Under the pieces are notes generated by a model that worked only from the letters and a program-made list of their open reading frames with translations, did not search any database and was not told the origin of the DNA. A program made the translations under genes and the position numbers. From assembly GCA_046538485.1 (NCBI GenBank), contig JBKHIT010000020.1:1-64000 (forward strand): a stretch of DNA of 64,000 nucleotides, read 5' to 3'. How positions within the stretch are numbered: position 1 is the stretch's first letter; every line of letters begins with the position of its first letter. Shown in pieces: positions 19,060 to 29,400 of the stretch. The DNA comes from Candidatus Brocadiia bacterium (GTDB taxonomy: Bacteria; Planctomycetota; Brocadiia; SM23-32).

Positions 19060-22000
19060 TTACCGCTTCCTGGCGGTCAGTTTCACCTTGGACATGCCCT
19101 CGGGGACCGTAAGTTTCAGCCCGCCTTCCATCTCCTTTATCACGACATCTGCCGCGCCCTGAACCTTCCAGGCTCCAGGCGCGCTGACCATCAAACTGCC
19201 CGCGGGGCTATCCGCAGGTAGGTCGATTGTCATGGAATCGGCTCCGACTGTTAAGGTCGCGGATAACTCCGTTTTCAAACCGTACTGGCCAGCTTTGACT
19301 TCACCGGGAGCGCCTAAAGTCAGGTTGGTGCTTCGTTTGCGTCGCTGCACAACACCCACCGTTCCCGTAAAGGAAACTTTCCCCGCCTTCGCTTCTGCCG
19401 TATCCCTCGACAGGTAAACATAATCCGTGCCATCAGGTTTCTCCACTACGATTATCCTGTCCTGATCCGCGGTTTCAAACTTCGGAGCCGACTCGTCTCG
19501 CGGCCGAGGATAAACCACAACATAATACGCCCCATCGTCCGGACGTTGCAGATGCAGGAGGTCCTGATATTCGGGAACCCGGCGGTAAGTCCCACCGTAT
19601 CGAAGCGTATGTCGAGGGGTTCCGGTCGGTTCTGCGATAAAATAATCAACGTCCATGCCGAACTGCCCGAGCGCGGTGTAACGATTGCCGGCGGTGAGCT
19701 GACGGGCCGGAAGGATAGTTTTACCGGGCTTGTCTGCAAGAAAAGCTTCAACGTCCCGGACCTGGGCCGGCGTACCGATTTTCTCCGAGAGTGTCCAGAA
19801 CTGCCAGGCCGTCGGCTCGCCTCCCCGAACGCTATCCCGAAGCACCAGATACGCCGGTCCTGACGTATCATCGCTCTTGACGAAGAGCAGCTGACGGGTC
19901 CAATCCAGCTCGCCGCTCTTCGCCGCTGTCACGCGTGGATAGGCCGGCAGTTTCGGAGGGCTCCATTCCCGCTCATCAGGATGCGTGTGGACGATCCGGG
20001 TGCGCACGTAATCGGTCGTGGGTAAAGGCGCGAAGGTGCCAAAATGGGTTTTGCTGTAGTATCCGAACGGTGTGAGGGAATCCCCCGGAGAGTAGTTGCG
20101 CGCGAGCCGCACGCCGTCGCGAAGCAGTTCATGCCGCGTTTTGTAACCGGTGTCGAACGTGAAACACGTACTGAGAGGTTTCCCCCGTCCGTACCACTGC
20201 GCAATCCCTCCGATGCCCGGCGCCCAGATATCGAGATTCCGCAAAGAATCGACGCACGCCAGCACATTCACGTAACTCTCGTGCTCTGTATTGAACGCGG
20301 CGCGCAGAAGCACGCCCAGTTCAGGAAAAAGCTCACTCCCCCAATCCGGAGCAGACATCGGAAGACGATGGTCGAGGTAATACGATTCATATCCCCCGAG
20401 TCGATAATCGCCCCAACGGTCTGGGGCGCCTGCTTCAGACCACATCCATTGCATCGTGCGGGAGAAAGTCGAGTCGCTTTCCGCAGTCATACGCGCCGCC
20501 ACACCGCAGAACGCCAGTCGGTTGCCCGACGTGCCGCGCCCGTATGCGCCGGTAACGCGGTAACCGCCGCGCTGTGGATCGGGAGGCGTATGCATTCTGG
20601 CGAAATAAAGGACCAGCTTCTTGAGACGGGAATCAGTTGTGAAATCGTGATACCCCGCCCGCCGCGCAGCAATCGCAAAGGAAAGCATGGGCTCAAGGCT
20701 CACGATGCCGTAGTGGGAACCTTCCGGGAGCCACTCGCCGTTGGCACCGACCTCATCCTCCAACCACTCATCCATCCAGGCCGTCGCGTAAGATGTCCAT
20801 TCCCGTGACATTGGATGGTCGCGGAGCGCACATGCAATCACGCCCAGCGAAAGTATGTAGGAACAGTGCATGTTTGGGTTTCCCGAACCGTATCCCCGTT
20901 CCGTCGACCAGCACCTGGGATCGGCCATAAGGTATCCCAGGTAGGCCATTTGAGCCCGGAACAACGCGCGCTCGCGCTCGCTCAATAAACCACTATCAAT
21001 CAGCGCGTCGTAAAGCGAAACCGTCGCGATTGCCCCTCTCATGACATCGAAATGGCCCATTTCGCCAAGACGGCGACGCAGGTTTTTGATGACTTTTCCC
21101 TTCTCTTTTTTTGTTCGCTGTTCCGCCGGTTTCCTCAGCAATCCCAGCGCCGCACTGGCCCATCGACCTTTCAGGCGACGAGCGAGTTTCGCATCATCGG
21201 CCGCCCGCTGCCAGAGTTCTTTGATCCGGGGCATATCGACGAAAAGATGCGGGTGTGCGTGCTTTGAATCCCAGCTCAGCACCATTTTGTTGATCTTATC
21301 GAGCTGTCGGCCAACCCGCGGTGCGCCCACGCTCACCGACCACGCCCGTTTTCCGTCAGCAAGATCTACGGTCAGCACGACTTCACCGTTCGCCGCCATG
21401 CTGACCGGCATCGACTTCTGTTTCCACCCCTCCCACATTTTTGGAACCATCTCCAGATCCCAGTGGTCGTAGCCCCTGTAGGTCTGAGGCTCCGCGGGTT
21501 CGACCCAGATCCCCGGTTTACGCGAAACCAGCTCAAGCGAGACATCTTCGCCTTTGAGCTGCACGTGATGCGGATGCTCTGCGAAAATATTGATCAAGCT
21601 TGAATTGGGGCTGAGAAAACAAAAGTTATTCGCAGGAATTGTCACGGTTTTTTTGCGATCCCGCGCCCACTGTCCATAACCGGCCGGCATAAGCGCTTCC
21701 TCCACCCCGTTCACGCCGGGCAAGTGAAGTTCCGCTACGGTCTCCGGCTGATTGCCTTCAACCGACAACTCCCAGCGAACCGCACGATCACCTTCAATAA
21801 CCGTCGCGGCGAATTTTGCCTTCACAGCTCCCTGAAGCACGTACTCTGTCACGACCCTTGCAAAAACCGGTCCCGAGTCGATAAGCCGCGAAGACCAGCT
21901 TTGCACCTTGTCCTCTCCCGTCCACCGGCCGGCCGACGACCAATCCCCTTTTTTCGCGCGCATCCCAAGCAACGGCGGCGGCACATTTTGCGGACCTTCC

Positions 22001-22467
22001 CCTTCGCCGATGGGAAGACGCACGCTTATGTGCGATGTCGATATTTCAGCGGTATCTTTCGCTTTTTTCACCCGCAAGTCTAATTCCGGTACTTTTGCCT
22101 TTCTGCCGCCCCACATGAGCTCGTAATCCCTGGCCTCCAGCGGTTTCAGCTCTTCCACCACAAAAAAGAGCCGGGCCGACTTCACGAATTTCCGCTTCTT
22201 CGAATAGTATTCTACCTCCGAAAGCTGAGCCGGAACGGTTCCGTCGGGACCAGTAGCCCGGACTGATCCTTTGCGGCATTCACCCCGCCCTGCCTTGAAA
22301 TCGCAGGATAGCAGCTCGCGTCCGTACGTCTGGTTCAATTTCTCCCGCACCGTTATTTTTCTCGATCCTCCGCGCGCGACACAACCGCTGGCGAAGAGGA
22401 GAATCAGAATAATGCCTGACGTCGCACAACAATTCTTTTTTGCGAACAAATGCGATGATTCACACAT
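19060..22467 (-). CDS. large secreted/lipoprotein, polysaccharide-lyase-like (alpha-toroid + beta-sandwich)
   Basis: 1135 aa; hydrophobic N-terminus with FASGC; HPHLF, NPNMH, GEWLPEGSHYG, WTRQLLFVK...YLVLRDSV resemble heparinase II/III or oligo-alginate lyase architecture. Confidence 0.6.
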   Translation of the reverse strand: MCESSHLFAKKNCCATSGIILILLFASGCVARGGSRKITVREKLNQTYGRELLSCDFKAGRGECRKGSVRATGPDGTVPAQLSEVEYYSKKRKFVKSARLFFVVEELKPLEARDYELMWGGRKAKVPELDLRVKKAKDTAEISTSHISVRLPIGEGEGPQNVPPPLLGMRAKKGDWSSAGRWTGEDKVQSWSSRLIDSGPVFARVVTEYVLQGAVKAKFAATVIEGDRAVRWELSVEGNQPETVAELHLPGVNGVEEALMPAGYGQWARDRKKTVTIPANNFCFLSPNSSLINIFAEHPHHVQLKGEDVSLELVSRKPGIWVEPAEPQTYRGYDHWDLEMVPKMWEGWKQKSMPVSMAANGEVVLTVDLADGKRAWSVSVGAPRVGRQLDKINKMVLSWDSKHAHPHLFVDMPRIKELWQRAADDAKLARRLKGRWASAALGLLRKPAEQRTKKEKGKVIKNLRRRLGEMGHFDVMRGAIATVSLYDALIDSGLLSERERALFRAQMAYLGYLMADPRCWSTERGYGSGNPNMHCSYILSLGVIACALRDHPMSREWTSYATAWMDEWLEDEVGANGEWLPEGSHYGIVSLEPMLSFAIAARRAGYHDFTTDSRLKKLVLYFARMHTPPDPQRGGYRVTGAYGRGTSGNRLAFCGVAARMTAESDSTFSRTMQWMWSEAGAPDRWGDYRLGGYESYYLDHRLPMSAPDWGSELFPELGVLLRAAFNTEHESYVNVLACVDSLRNLDIWAPGIGGIAQWYGRGKPLSTCFTFDTGYKTRHELLRDGVRLARNYSPGDSLTPFGYYSKTHFGTFAPLPTTDYVRTRIVHTHPDEREWSPPKLPAYPRVTAAKSGELDWTRQLLFVKSDDTSGPAYLVLRDSVRGGEPTAWQFWTLSEKIGTPAQVRDVEAFLADKPGKTILPARQLTAGNRYTALGQFGMDVDYFIAEPTGTPRHTLRYGGTYRRVPEYQDLLHLQRPDDGAYYVVVYPRPRDESAPKFETADQDRIIVVEKPDGTDYVYLSRDTAEAKAGKVSFTGTVGVVQRRKRSTNLTLGAPGEVKAGQYGLKTELSATLTVGADSMTIDLPADSPAGSLMVSAPGAWKVQGAADVVIKEMEGGLKLTVPEGMSKVKLTARKR

Positions 22468-22510
22468 TGAGACATTTCTCCCTTAGTGGCCTGGTGGCCC
22501 GCAAATAGGG

Positions 22511-23587
22511 TCACATCTGAAATGCCCGCGGCAGCTGGATTTCGCGCTCCACCGGCGGATACCATCCCTGATCCGCGTATTCCGACGTATGGAGATAACA
22601 TTGCACGCGGACCTGCCTCTGGCCCTCCCGAAAGGTCAGAAGACGGCTCATCGGCATCGAGTGGGCGCAACCGTGGTAACGAGTCAGCGCGCAGGCATTC
22701 ACGAAGGTCACATCCCATTTGCGTTCGACGTGAGAACGGCCTCCGCACCGGTCGTCCGGGTTCGTGTGCGTATGACCTCCCAGCCAGAAATCAATCGCGC
22801 CCGGATTTTCCTTAAGATAACCCTCAAATGCTCCGGCATCGGGTTCTCCATCGACAAAATAGAGATACGACGCTCCTTCCGGCGCTCCTTCCTCAAAATA
22901 TCCGTGGTAGCGGGATGTCCACTGCCCGTCTCTCCCTTTTTCAAAACCCTCCCAGGGCCCTGACGCAACGGTGGTTTCTTTCAACATGTGATGGTGGGAG
23001 GTGACGATGATGCTGTCGGGATTATCCTCGACCTTCTTTTTCCACCACTGAAACGTCTCCCCCGTAACAGCTCCCGCGGGGAATCCTCCGCGCTCTCCGC
23101 GCCCGACGGGCGGATCGAGGTCGTTGCGGTCGCTCATGACCAAAAAAAGGATGTTGCCAACACGGAACGAATACCGTTCCCACGTCCCTTCAACGATGAA
23201 CGGACGGCGGGCGGGATCAACGCCGCTCGTTTCGGTGTTTTCGCCGGTAGGATCGACCCATTTCCGGAACCACCACTGAGCGAGTTCACCGTGACCGCTG
23301 GCGTCATGGTTACCGGCGAGGTTGTAGAAATCCTCCCGTCGGTGTTTCTGTGCCGCCCCGAACTGTCGCACAGCTTCGCGCCCTTCTTCATCATCGGGAG
23401 ACTCCTGGGTCCCCGACAGATCACCGAGGTGGATGGCGATATCCCACTCGAACGGCGGGCCGCCTTCTTCTCCTCCGTTTTCCGACTGTCGGATGGCATC
23501 GCCAAGACTGTCGCGGTTGCCGGCACGTCGATCGGTGCCGACATGAGAACATCCCATTGCCCAGAGTTTGAACGTTGAATCATTCAT
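22511..23587 (-). CDS. calcineurin-like metallophosphoesterase
   Basis: IHLGD, AGNHD, TSHH and GGHTH motifs; motif I atypical (GCSH). Confidence 0.75.
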   Translation of the reverse strand: MNDSTFKLWAMGCSHVGTDRRAGNRDSLGDAIRQSENGGEEGGPPFEWDIAIHLGDLSGTQESPDDEEGREAVRQFGAAQKHRREDFYNLAGNHDASGHGELAQWWFRKWVDPTGENTETSGVDPARRPFIVEGTWERYSFRVGNILFLVMSDRNDLDPPVGRGERGGFPAGAVTGETFQWWKKKVEDNPDSIIVTSHHHMLKETTVASGPWEGFEKGRDGQWTSRYHGYFEEGAPEGASYLYFVDGEPDAGAFEGYLKENPGAIDFWLGGHTHTNPDDRCGGRSHVERKWDVTFVNACALTRYHGCAHSMPMSRLLTFREGQRQVRVQCYLHTSEYADQGWYPPVEREIQLPRAFQM

Positions 23588-23610
23588 AGGGAAAGATCAC
23601 CTTGGCAATT

Positions 23611-24126
23611 TCAGAACGGCGCGGGTTGGGTGCGTTTAAACTCAAATTCCTCATCTCCGCTGCTCCGGCGAGGTTGACGTGGTTGACGTTCAGGAGAATC
23701 TTCCTGGGGCTGCCGCACCCGCCTTTCCTTGCGCTCCCATTTCTCCAGCTTGTTGTTCAAAAATGTCAGCACCAGCCCGTCCGGATACCGCCACATCTCA
23801 AACTTCGTGCCACCAGAGGCCCCTTTGAGCTTGTTCTTGGGTTTCCCAAGGTGCTTAAGAACCACTTCCATCGTCATCTTTTTTTTCAACCTTTCGGCAG
23901 GCTTCTTTTTTTCCGCCAAGGTCTCCCTTTCTGGACCTTCTTCCGATTGCCCGCCCGCAGAAACTTGCTCCTCATTACCATTGCTTTTCTCTGCGGGCTC
24001 TTCCTTCCCAATTATTGATTCTGGCGAAAAGCCCTGCTCGTCACACGAAATCAGAAAAACCGTCCAGGTTACAATAACGATACAACTGAGCATCATCCCA
24101 GACCCACAACGCTCAAAAATCTTCAC
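23611..24126 (-). CDS. hypothetical lipoprotein with SmpA/BamE-like domain
   Basis: GTG start after GGAGG; VFLISC lipobox-like; MTMEVVLKHLGKP...EMWRY...LTFLNNKL pattern. Confidence 0.55.
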   Translation of the reverse strand: MKIFERCGSGMMLSCIVIVTWTVFLISCDEQGFSPESIIGKEEPAEKSNGNEEQVSAGGQSEEGPERETLAEKKKPAERLKKKMTMEVVLKHLGKPKNKLKGASGGTKFEMWRYPDGLVLTFLNNKLEKWERKERRVRQPQEDSPERQPRQPRRSSGDEEFEFKRTQPAPF

Positions 24127-24275
24127 GTTTTCCTCCCATTTCCAACTGCAAACGAACACCAGAGTCATAATACTTTCTGCACACCAATTCCGCAAGGCTG
24201 GACTCCGGGGACGCAATGCGGGTATTGAATACCCCCGACTGGGTAACCATGGCTCTCAATCTCTGGCCGTTCTCC

Positions 24276-26324
24276 TCACTCCTCGGCCAGGGTCTCGGGG
24301 AGTTCGTCCGCGACAACTGAATAAACGTGACACCGTTTCAACTCGCAGGTCTCTCCCCCACGTAACTTTTCCCCGGTTGTCACGTCTGTCACGTCACCTG
24401 AGAACCGGACCTCTCGGTCCGCAAAATTCCAGATGGTGGCCCGCTCACCTACAGCATCGTGCCAGATTACAGCCTGACCGTCCTCCTGCAAAAAACGCCT
24501 GTGCATGAACGGACGTTGCTCGTAGTAAGTATTCAGAAGACGTTTGTGTTCCTCACTGAAGAGCTCGTCGATCCGAAACTCATCGTAGAACAACCGATGC
24601 CCGGGCTTGGTCATGTGACCCAGGATCCTGGCGTACTGTTCCGCCGGCCAGGGCCTTGACCGCCGTTTCTCCTGCCCGGTCGGAATGGTCGTATAACCGG
24701 TCCCCATGCAGATTTTGTAGCACGCAAAAAGGTTCTCCATGTTGTAGCTCTCCGGACAACCATGCTGGGGTTCACCGAACGGACCGAGCGATTCAATCAT
24801 AAAATGCACGTCCGCATCCTGCAGCTCTTTCAGCGCCGCCAGCGTTCCTTTCCACTGCGTGGTAGGACGACACTCGCTGTAATCGACGGGCATGAAACCG
24901 AGGTTGTAGAAACTGTCGAACAGGTAGGCTTTCAATCCGGTCTCACGGCGAATTCGCTTGAGACTTTCGACCCAGTATTCTCGTGGTCCTTTTTTGCTGA
25001 AGTTTAGAATGCTCATGACGTTTGTGTAGGCGCCACCGTATTTCAGGCGCGAATCCTCCATCCGCACGAACCACCCCCTGTCATCACGCTCACTGTCATT
25101 GATCGGGCTCGACAGCGCCTGATCGTTGTTGGTCCATGAGAACGGTGTTATTCCGGCCTCCTCGCAGCGGTCGACGAACTCTTGGAGTTTGTCGCTGCCC
25201 CCCAGCGACGGCGCCGGCTCGTATTCATGTCCGCAGCACATGTTCCAGTGAAACTCGCCGGGATTCGGACAATCTTCGGTGTATGCGGACTTGTTGACGT
25301 TATCGATGAACAGCGTCCGCGCACCTATATTCTTTGCCGCCGGGAGGAGGTCTTCGTAATAGGTATCGATCGTAAAATCTTCCCAGTAATTCATATTGAG
25401 CCGCGGGAGAATCGGCTCTTCTTCAAGTCCGAACTGTTCCCTCGCCTCATCTGCCACAATATCAAAGGTCCAGGTCCAGAGATTCCGCTGATCGGTCTCC
25501 GTCTTCGGTTCGGTATTCAGAAGTATCTTTTTAGGAGACGTCGAATAGCGGCAGGTTTCGTCGAAAATGTGTTTGTCGAAAGTCTTCAGTTCCGCCTTCT
25601 CTGGCTCCCGTTTGAGCAGCGACCGAATCAGGTCGACCCTTTCGTAAACCCCCAGCAAAGTAGCATCCCCTTTGAACTGAAAATCGAACGCCTGATGGGA
25701 GGCCCATCGCGGCAGATTGTGCGTCATGACGGGATTCGTTTTGCTGTTTTCATCGTCCCAGTGGATGATTCCTTCCGTGGTCCAGGCGGTGTCGTCCTCA
25801 AACTCGACCACTGGATCCGAGCACGACGACTGGTTGTAGACCGTCGCCCCACAAATTTGTCCACCCAGCTCCCAGCTGCTCCTGTCCATCAGCCAGAAGA
25901 GCCCGACGTCGTCGCTGCGGTATTCGTAGTGGTAACGAAAACCCCCGAACCCGGTCCCGTAGACGTCTTGCGCTGCCGGCTGAAGCACGAGTGCCAGATT
26001 GCCCACCCCGGCGATCGACTCCACGTCCCAGTCGTCCGTATCGTGGATCGGATCGAAACTGTGATCTCGCATCAGTTTCGTCATAAGCGGTCGGAACCGC
26101 ACTGTGGTTTGCACCCGGACCTCATCATCCTCGATCTGCACCTCATCGAGATCCAAGCGACACAGTTCCAGGCCGCTGAAAGTCTGCGAATAGACGTCCA
26201 TGGGAAGACGCCCGGACCGCACTTTCCGGCCATCGATGGTAATCTCCCCGAGACCGAGGTAACGATCTTTTTCGGAAAGGATTTCAATCCGAGAGTTCCC
26301 GACATTCACAACCTGCGAATTCAT
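24276..26324 (-). CDS. hypothetical cytoplasmic protein, possible glycoside hydrolase
   Basis: 682 aa acidic ORF, no signal peptide; TIM-barrel-like segment LFID...FVDRC..AGI.PFSW...YLFDSF; AAGGA upstream. Confidence 0.55.
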   Translation of the reverse strand: MNSQVVNVGNSRIEILSEKDRYLGLGEITIDGRKVRSGRLPMDVYSQTFSGLELCRLDLDEVQIEDDEVRVQTTVRFRPLMTKLMRDHSFDPIHDTDDWDVESIAGVGNLALVLQPAAQDVYGTGFGGFRYHYEYRSDDVGLFWLMDRSSWELGGQICGATVYNQSSCSDPVVEFEDDTAWTTEGIIHWDDENSKTNPVMTHNLPRWASHQAFDFQFKGDATLLGVYERVDLIRSLLKREPEKAELKTFDKHIFDETCRYSTSPKKILLNTEPKTETDQRNLWTWTFDIVADEAREQFGLEEEPILPRLNMNYWEDFTIDTYYEDLLPAAKNIGARTLFIDNVNKSAYTEDCPNPGEFHWNMCCGHEYEPAPSLGGSDKLQEFVDRCEEAGITPFSWTNNDQALSSPINDSERDDRGWFVRMEDSRLKYGGAYTNVMSILNFSKKGPREYWVESLKRIRRETGLKAYLFDSFYNLGFMPVDYSECRPTTQWKGTLAALKELQDADVHFMIESLGPFGEPQHGCPESYNMENLFACYKICMGTGYTTIPTGQEKRRSRPWPAEQYARILGHMTKPGHRLFYDEFRIDELFSEEHKRLLNTYYEQRPFMHRRFLQEDGQAVIWHDAVGERATIWNFADREVRFSGDVTDVTTGEKLRGGETCELKRCHVYSVVADELPETLAEE

Positions 26325-26413
26325 TGTCTGGTCCTTCTGTCTCGCTGTTGGGTTTAAGGCAAGATTACGTCTCGTCCGTTCAGAGATCGGTCGTCTGGTC
26401 AGATCTTATTCCG

Positions 26414-26458
26414 TCCGGGTCTTTCAACCCGGTTCACAGGCTGGAGAGCCTGTGCCAC
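26414..26458 (-). repeat. REP family A copy
   Basis: TCCGGGTCTTTCAACCCGGTTCACAGGCTGGAGAGCCTGTGCCAC. Confidence 0.75.
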
Positions 26459-26479
26459 ATGCGTACTTCACATCATTTA

Positions 26480-29400
26480 TCAATCGTACAACTCGATTTC
26501 CGACAGGCCATGAGGATTTCCCTGGCCGCCGAAAACGAAAACCGCGAGTTCTTCTATCGGTCTCTCATTCAGTTCAAAAACACGGAAAAACTGGTCGTTC
26601 GGATACACTCCCGCCAGAGCACAGCGACCGCGGGTCGTCCATTCGGCGGCATGCCGTCGTCCCTGTTTGAACTGATTTTTCAGCCGCCCGATCACGGCAA
26701 TCCCACGCATCACTTTCGATTGCGTGAGCGTCCGCCCGTAGGTCACACAGATCTTCGGTTCGGCCCGGTAGCTGAGATCAATGACAATCCGCGATCCCAT
26801 CTTCGTGATGAACCGATCCACCCGGCCCGCTGTCCACGGCTCCGGACGTCCTTCCAGAAAATGTTTGCCATCGAAAGTATGGAGAGGATTCCCGGCCGCG
26901 GTGAAATACGGGCCCTGCACTCTATCAGGATCTATGTTGTTGCTGTAGATATTGACTTCTTTCATCTTCCCTCTTACCCCATCGGCAACGGAACTTGAAT
27001 CATCCACATCCAGCACGGTCAGGTCCCGGTCGAGGTTGCCTTCGGCCCCGGGTCCGACAAAACCGCCCTCTTTGCCCATATCCGTGCTGGGCGGCTGGAC
27101 GTACGCGCTGTTCACCCCGGGAAAACGCAGCGTGTAGACGTCCAATAGGGCAATCTTCAGTTTCCCGCCCGGCTTAACATTTACTTCCAGAGGTTCCGCG
27201 AGAAGAGCAGGCAAACAGACCTCCCGGTATTCCCAGGTGGGCAAATCCAGCACAAATGTCCTCGCCTTGTCCCCCTGTCTGAGCGTAACTTTCGTTGTCC
27301 CTTCGTGGCGATAGCGCAATCGCACGACAAACGGTCCCCTCTTTTCAACTTGCAGTTTCACCGTGTGGTCCACCGGATGAAACGTCTGGCCATAAATTTT
27401 CTCACCGTCGGCTTCAGCAGTCCACGAAGAAATGCGTTTGGAACCGTATTTTTTCAAAATGTCGATCGTCTGAGGCGGTCGGTACCGTTCGGGTCCTGAA
27501 AATGTCATTTTTCCACTCGACAAATCTTTGGGCGGCAGTTCGCGGGAATTCACCCGCCGGGTTTTGTCTCCTTCGGGATTGACAAACAAAAGATCTCCCG
27601 CCCCTTCACCAACAACAAATCCGTCTGCCACGCGACCGACCCGGCCGTCAGCACCATCAGTCTCGAGCTCCCAGAGCTGCTCGCCACCGGTCGAATAACA
27701 TTGCACGATACCATCCACATCGCAGATACAGAAACGATCGCCGCTCCATCCCAGAGTCGCGTCCGAGAGGTCCGGCACATCCAGTCGGTATTTCTCGTTC
27801 CCATCGGCATCGGTAACGAGAACCGTTTTTCTGCCGGCGAAGAGAACCGTCGACTCGTCCCGCGAAACTTCCAGTGCCACGGGATCCGGCAGACGGTCCC
27901 GCGTGGTAAGCTCTCGCCCGCGCAACTGGATTTGTTCCAGTTTCTGGCCTTTTGCGCCAAAAACCAGGACATCGTGGTTGAAATTAAACAGGAAGACTCG
28001 CCGACCACTGTCTGTCACACGCAATTTGCCCTGAGCCGCAATGGAATAATCGTCAAGAACTTCCGCGTCCACACGCCACAGCGTCTTCCCCTCCTTCAGG
28101 TCGACCATTTGCAGGGCCGAGGCATAGGGGATGTCCCAGGCCTGGCCCATATTGCCGTGTCCGACGGGAAAAGTGGCGGACGAATACGCCAGATATCGGC
28201 TGTCCGGGCTGAATCCGACGCCGGTGGCACAAAGGGGCGCGCGGACACGTTCGGAGAACAGCGAAGTATCCCTGCGGTCGCGAAATATCCTGTAACGTCG
28301 CGCAGCAAAATCGTAGAGGAAAAAGCCGCCTCCCATCTCGGCTGCGAAATAACGTTTCCCGTCCGGAGAAGGCGCGAAAGCGTATTCCCACGCATGGATC
28401 ACGTTGTCCTGTCCGGCAAATTTCTGGGGCGGTTCGAATCCATTCATCGTCCCGTTTTTCACATCAACCGTTCGGATCCGTGCTCCCCAGGCTGTCGGGA
28501 AATGCCATGCCGCGTGGCGAGATAGAATCTCTTTGGAGCCGCAGAAGAATTTCCCTCCATTCACGATATTCAGGCCGACATCGCCGCCGGGGCGCTCGAA
28601 AGCCGTGGTTTTCCCGTCGGGCGACACCGCCACAACCCGGTCCTCCACAACAGCCGCCGTCCAGCCGTCGCGCGACGTCAGCAGCTCTTTGCACCTGGAG
28701 GGCGGAACGAATTCGGCCAGCGGCCTGACAAACTGAACGGGTTCTGTCCCCTTTGTCTGGCCATCGGCTCTGGCCGTTGCCAGATCGGAAGGTTGCGCCT
28801 GAGGCAAGTCTTTCCTTTTTGATTTGATCTCGTCCAGAAGTCGGCTGACGCCTTTACGCGCACCTTCGGCATCGCGGGCAACAACCGTGAGCGCATCGCA
28901 ACCGGCCCAGAACGGACTCATGGTCACCTCAATGAGAGCCTGGCCGCTCCCGGGGGTATTGCGGGTTCTCATGTAGCGCGAGACGGGACTGAGACTTTCC
29001 GAAATACGTCCACCGGAGAACATTACCACGTGAGTGCGTAGAATGTAGTTGGGCCGGATATCGCGCCACCCCCCTCGTTCGACAATGTGGCGTCGATGTT
29101 TTTCGTCGATGTACGGTTCCATGTGCCCCCGGTAGCCCACCACTTCACCCGCATCAATTTCCTCCAGCAGTTCTTTATCTTCGCTCCGCGGCAGCCAGCG
29201 CAGAGGCAGTGTGTCGTACATGCTAGCCCGCACCCGCTGAATTTCCGCTTCTCGTCCTATCGCTTCGAACGCCTCCACTATCTTCCGTGCCTCCGGCCAA
29301 TAATCGGTCTGCGTATTCTCCACCACAACACGGATTTTGCCCTCACCATTGATAAATTCCGGGACGCGTTGAGGATGCGGCAAGAAGACATCGTCTCCCG

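Noticed and set aside
28431..28441. tRNA T-loop-like GGTTCGAATCC
   Set aside because: Lies inside the 2031-aa CDS with no cloverleaf context
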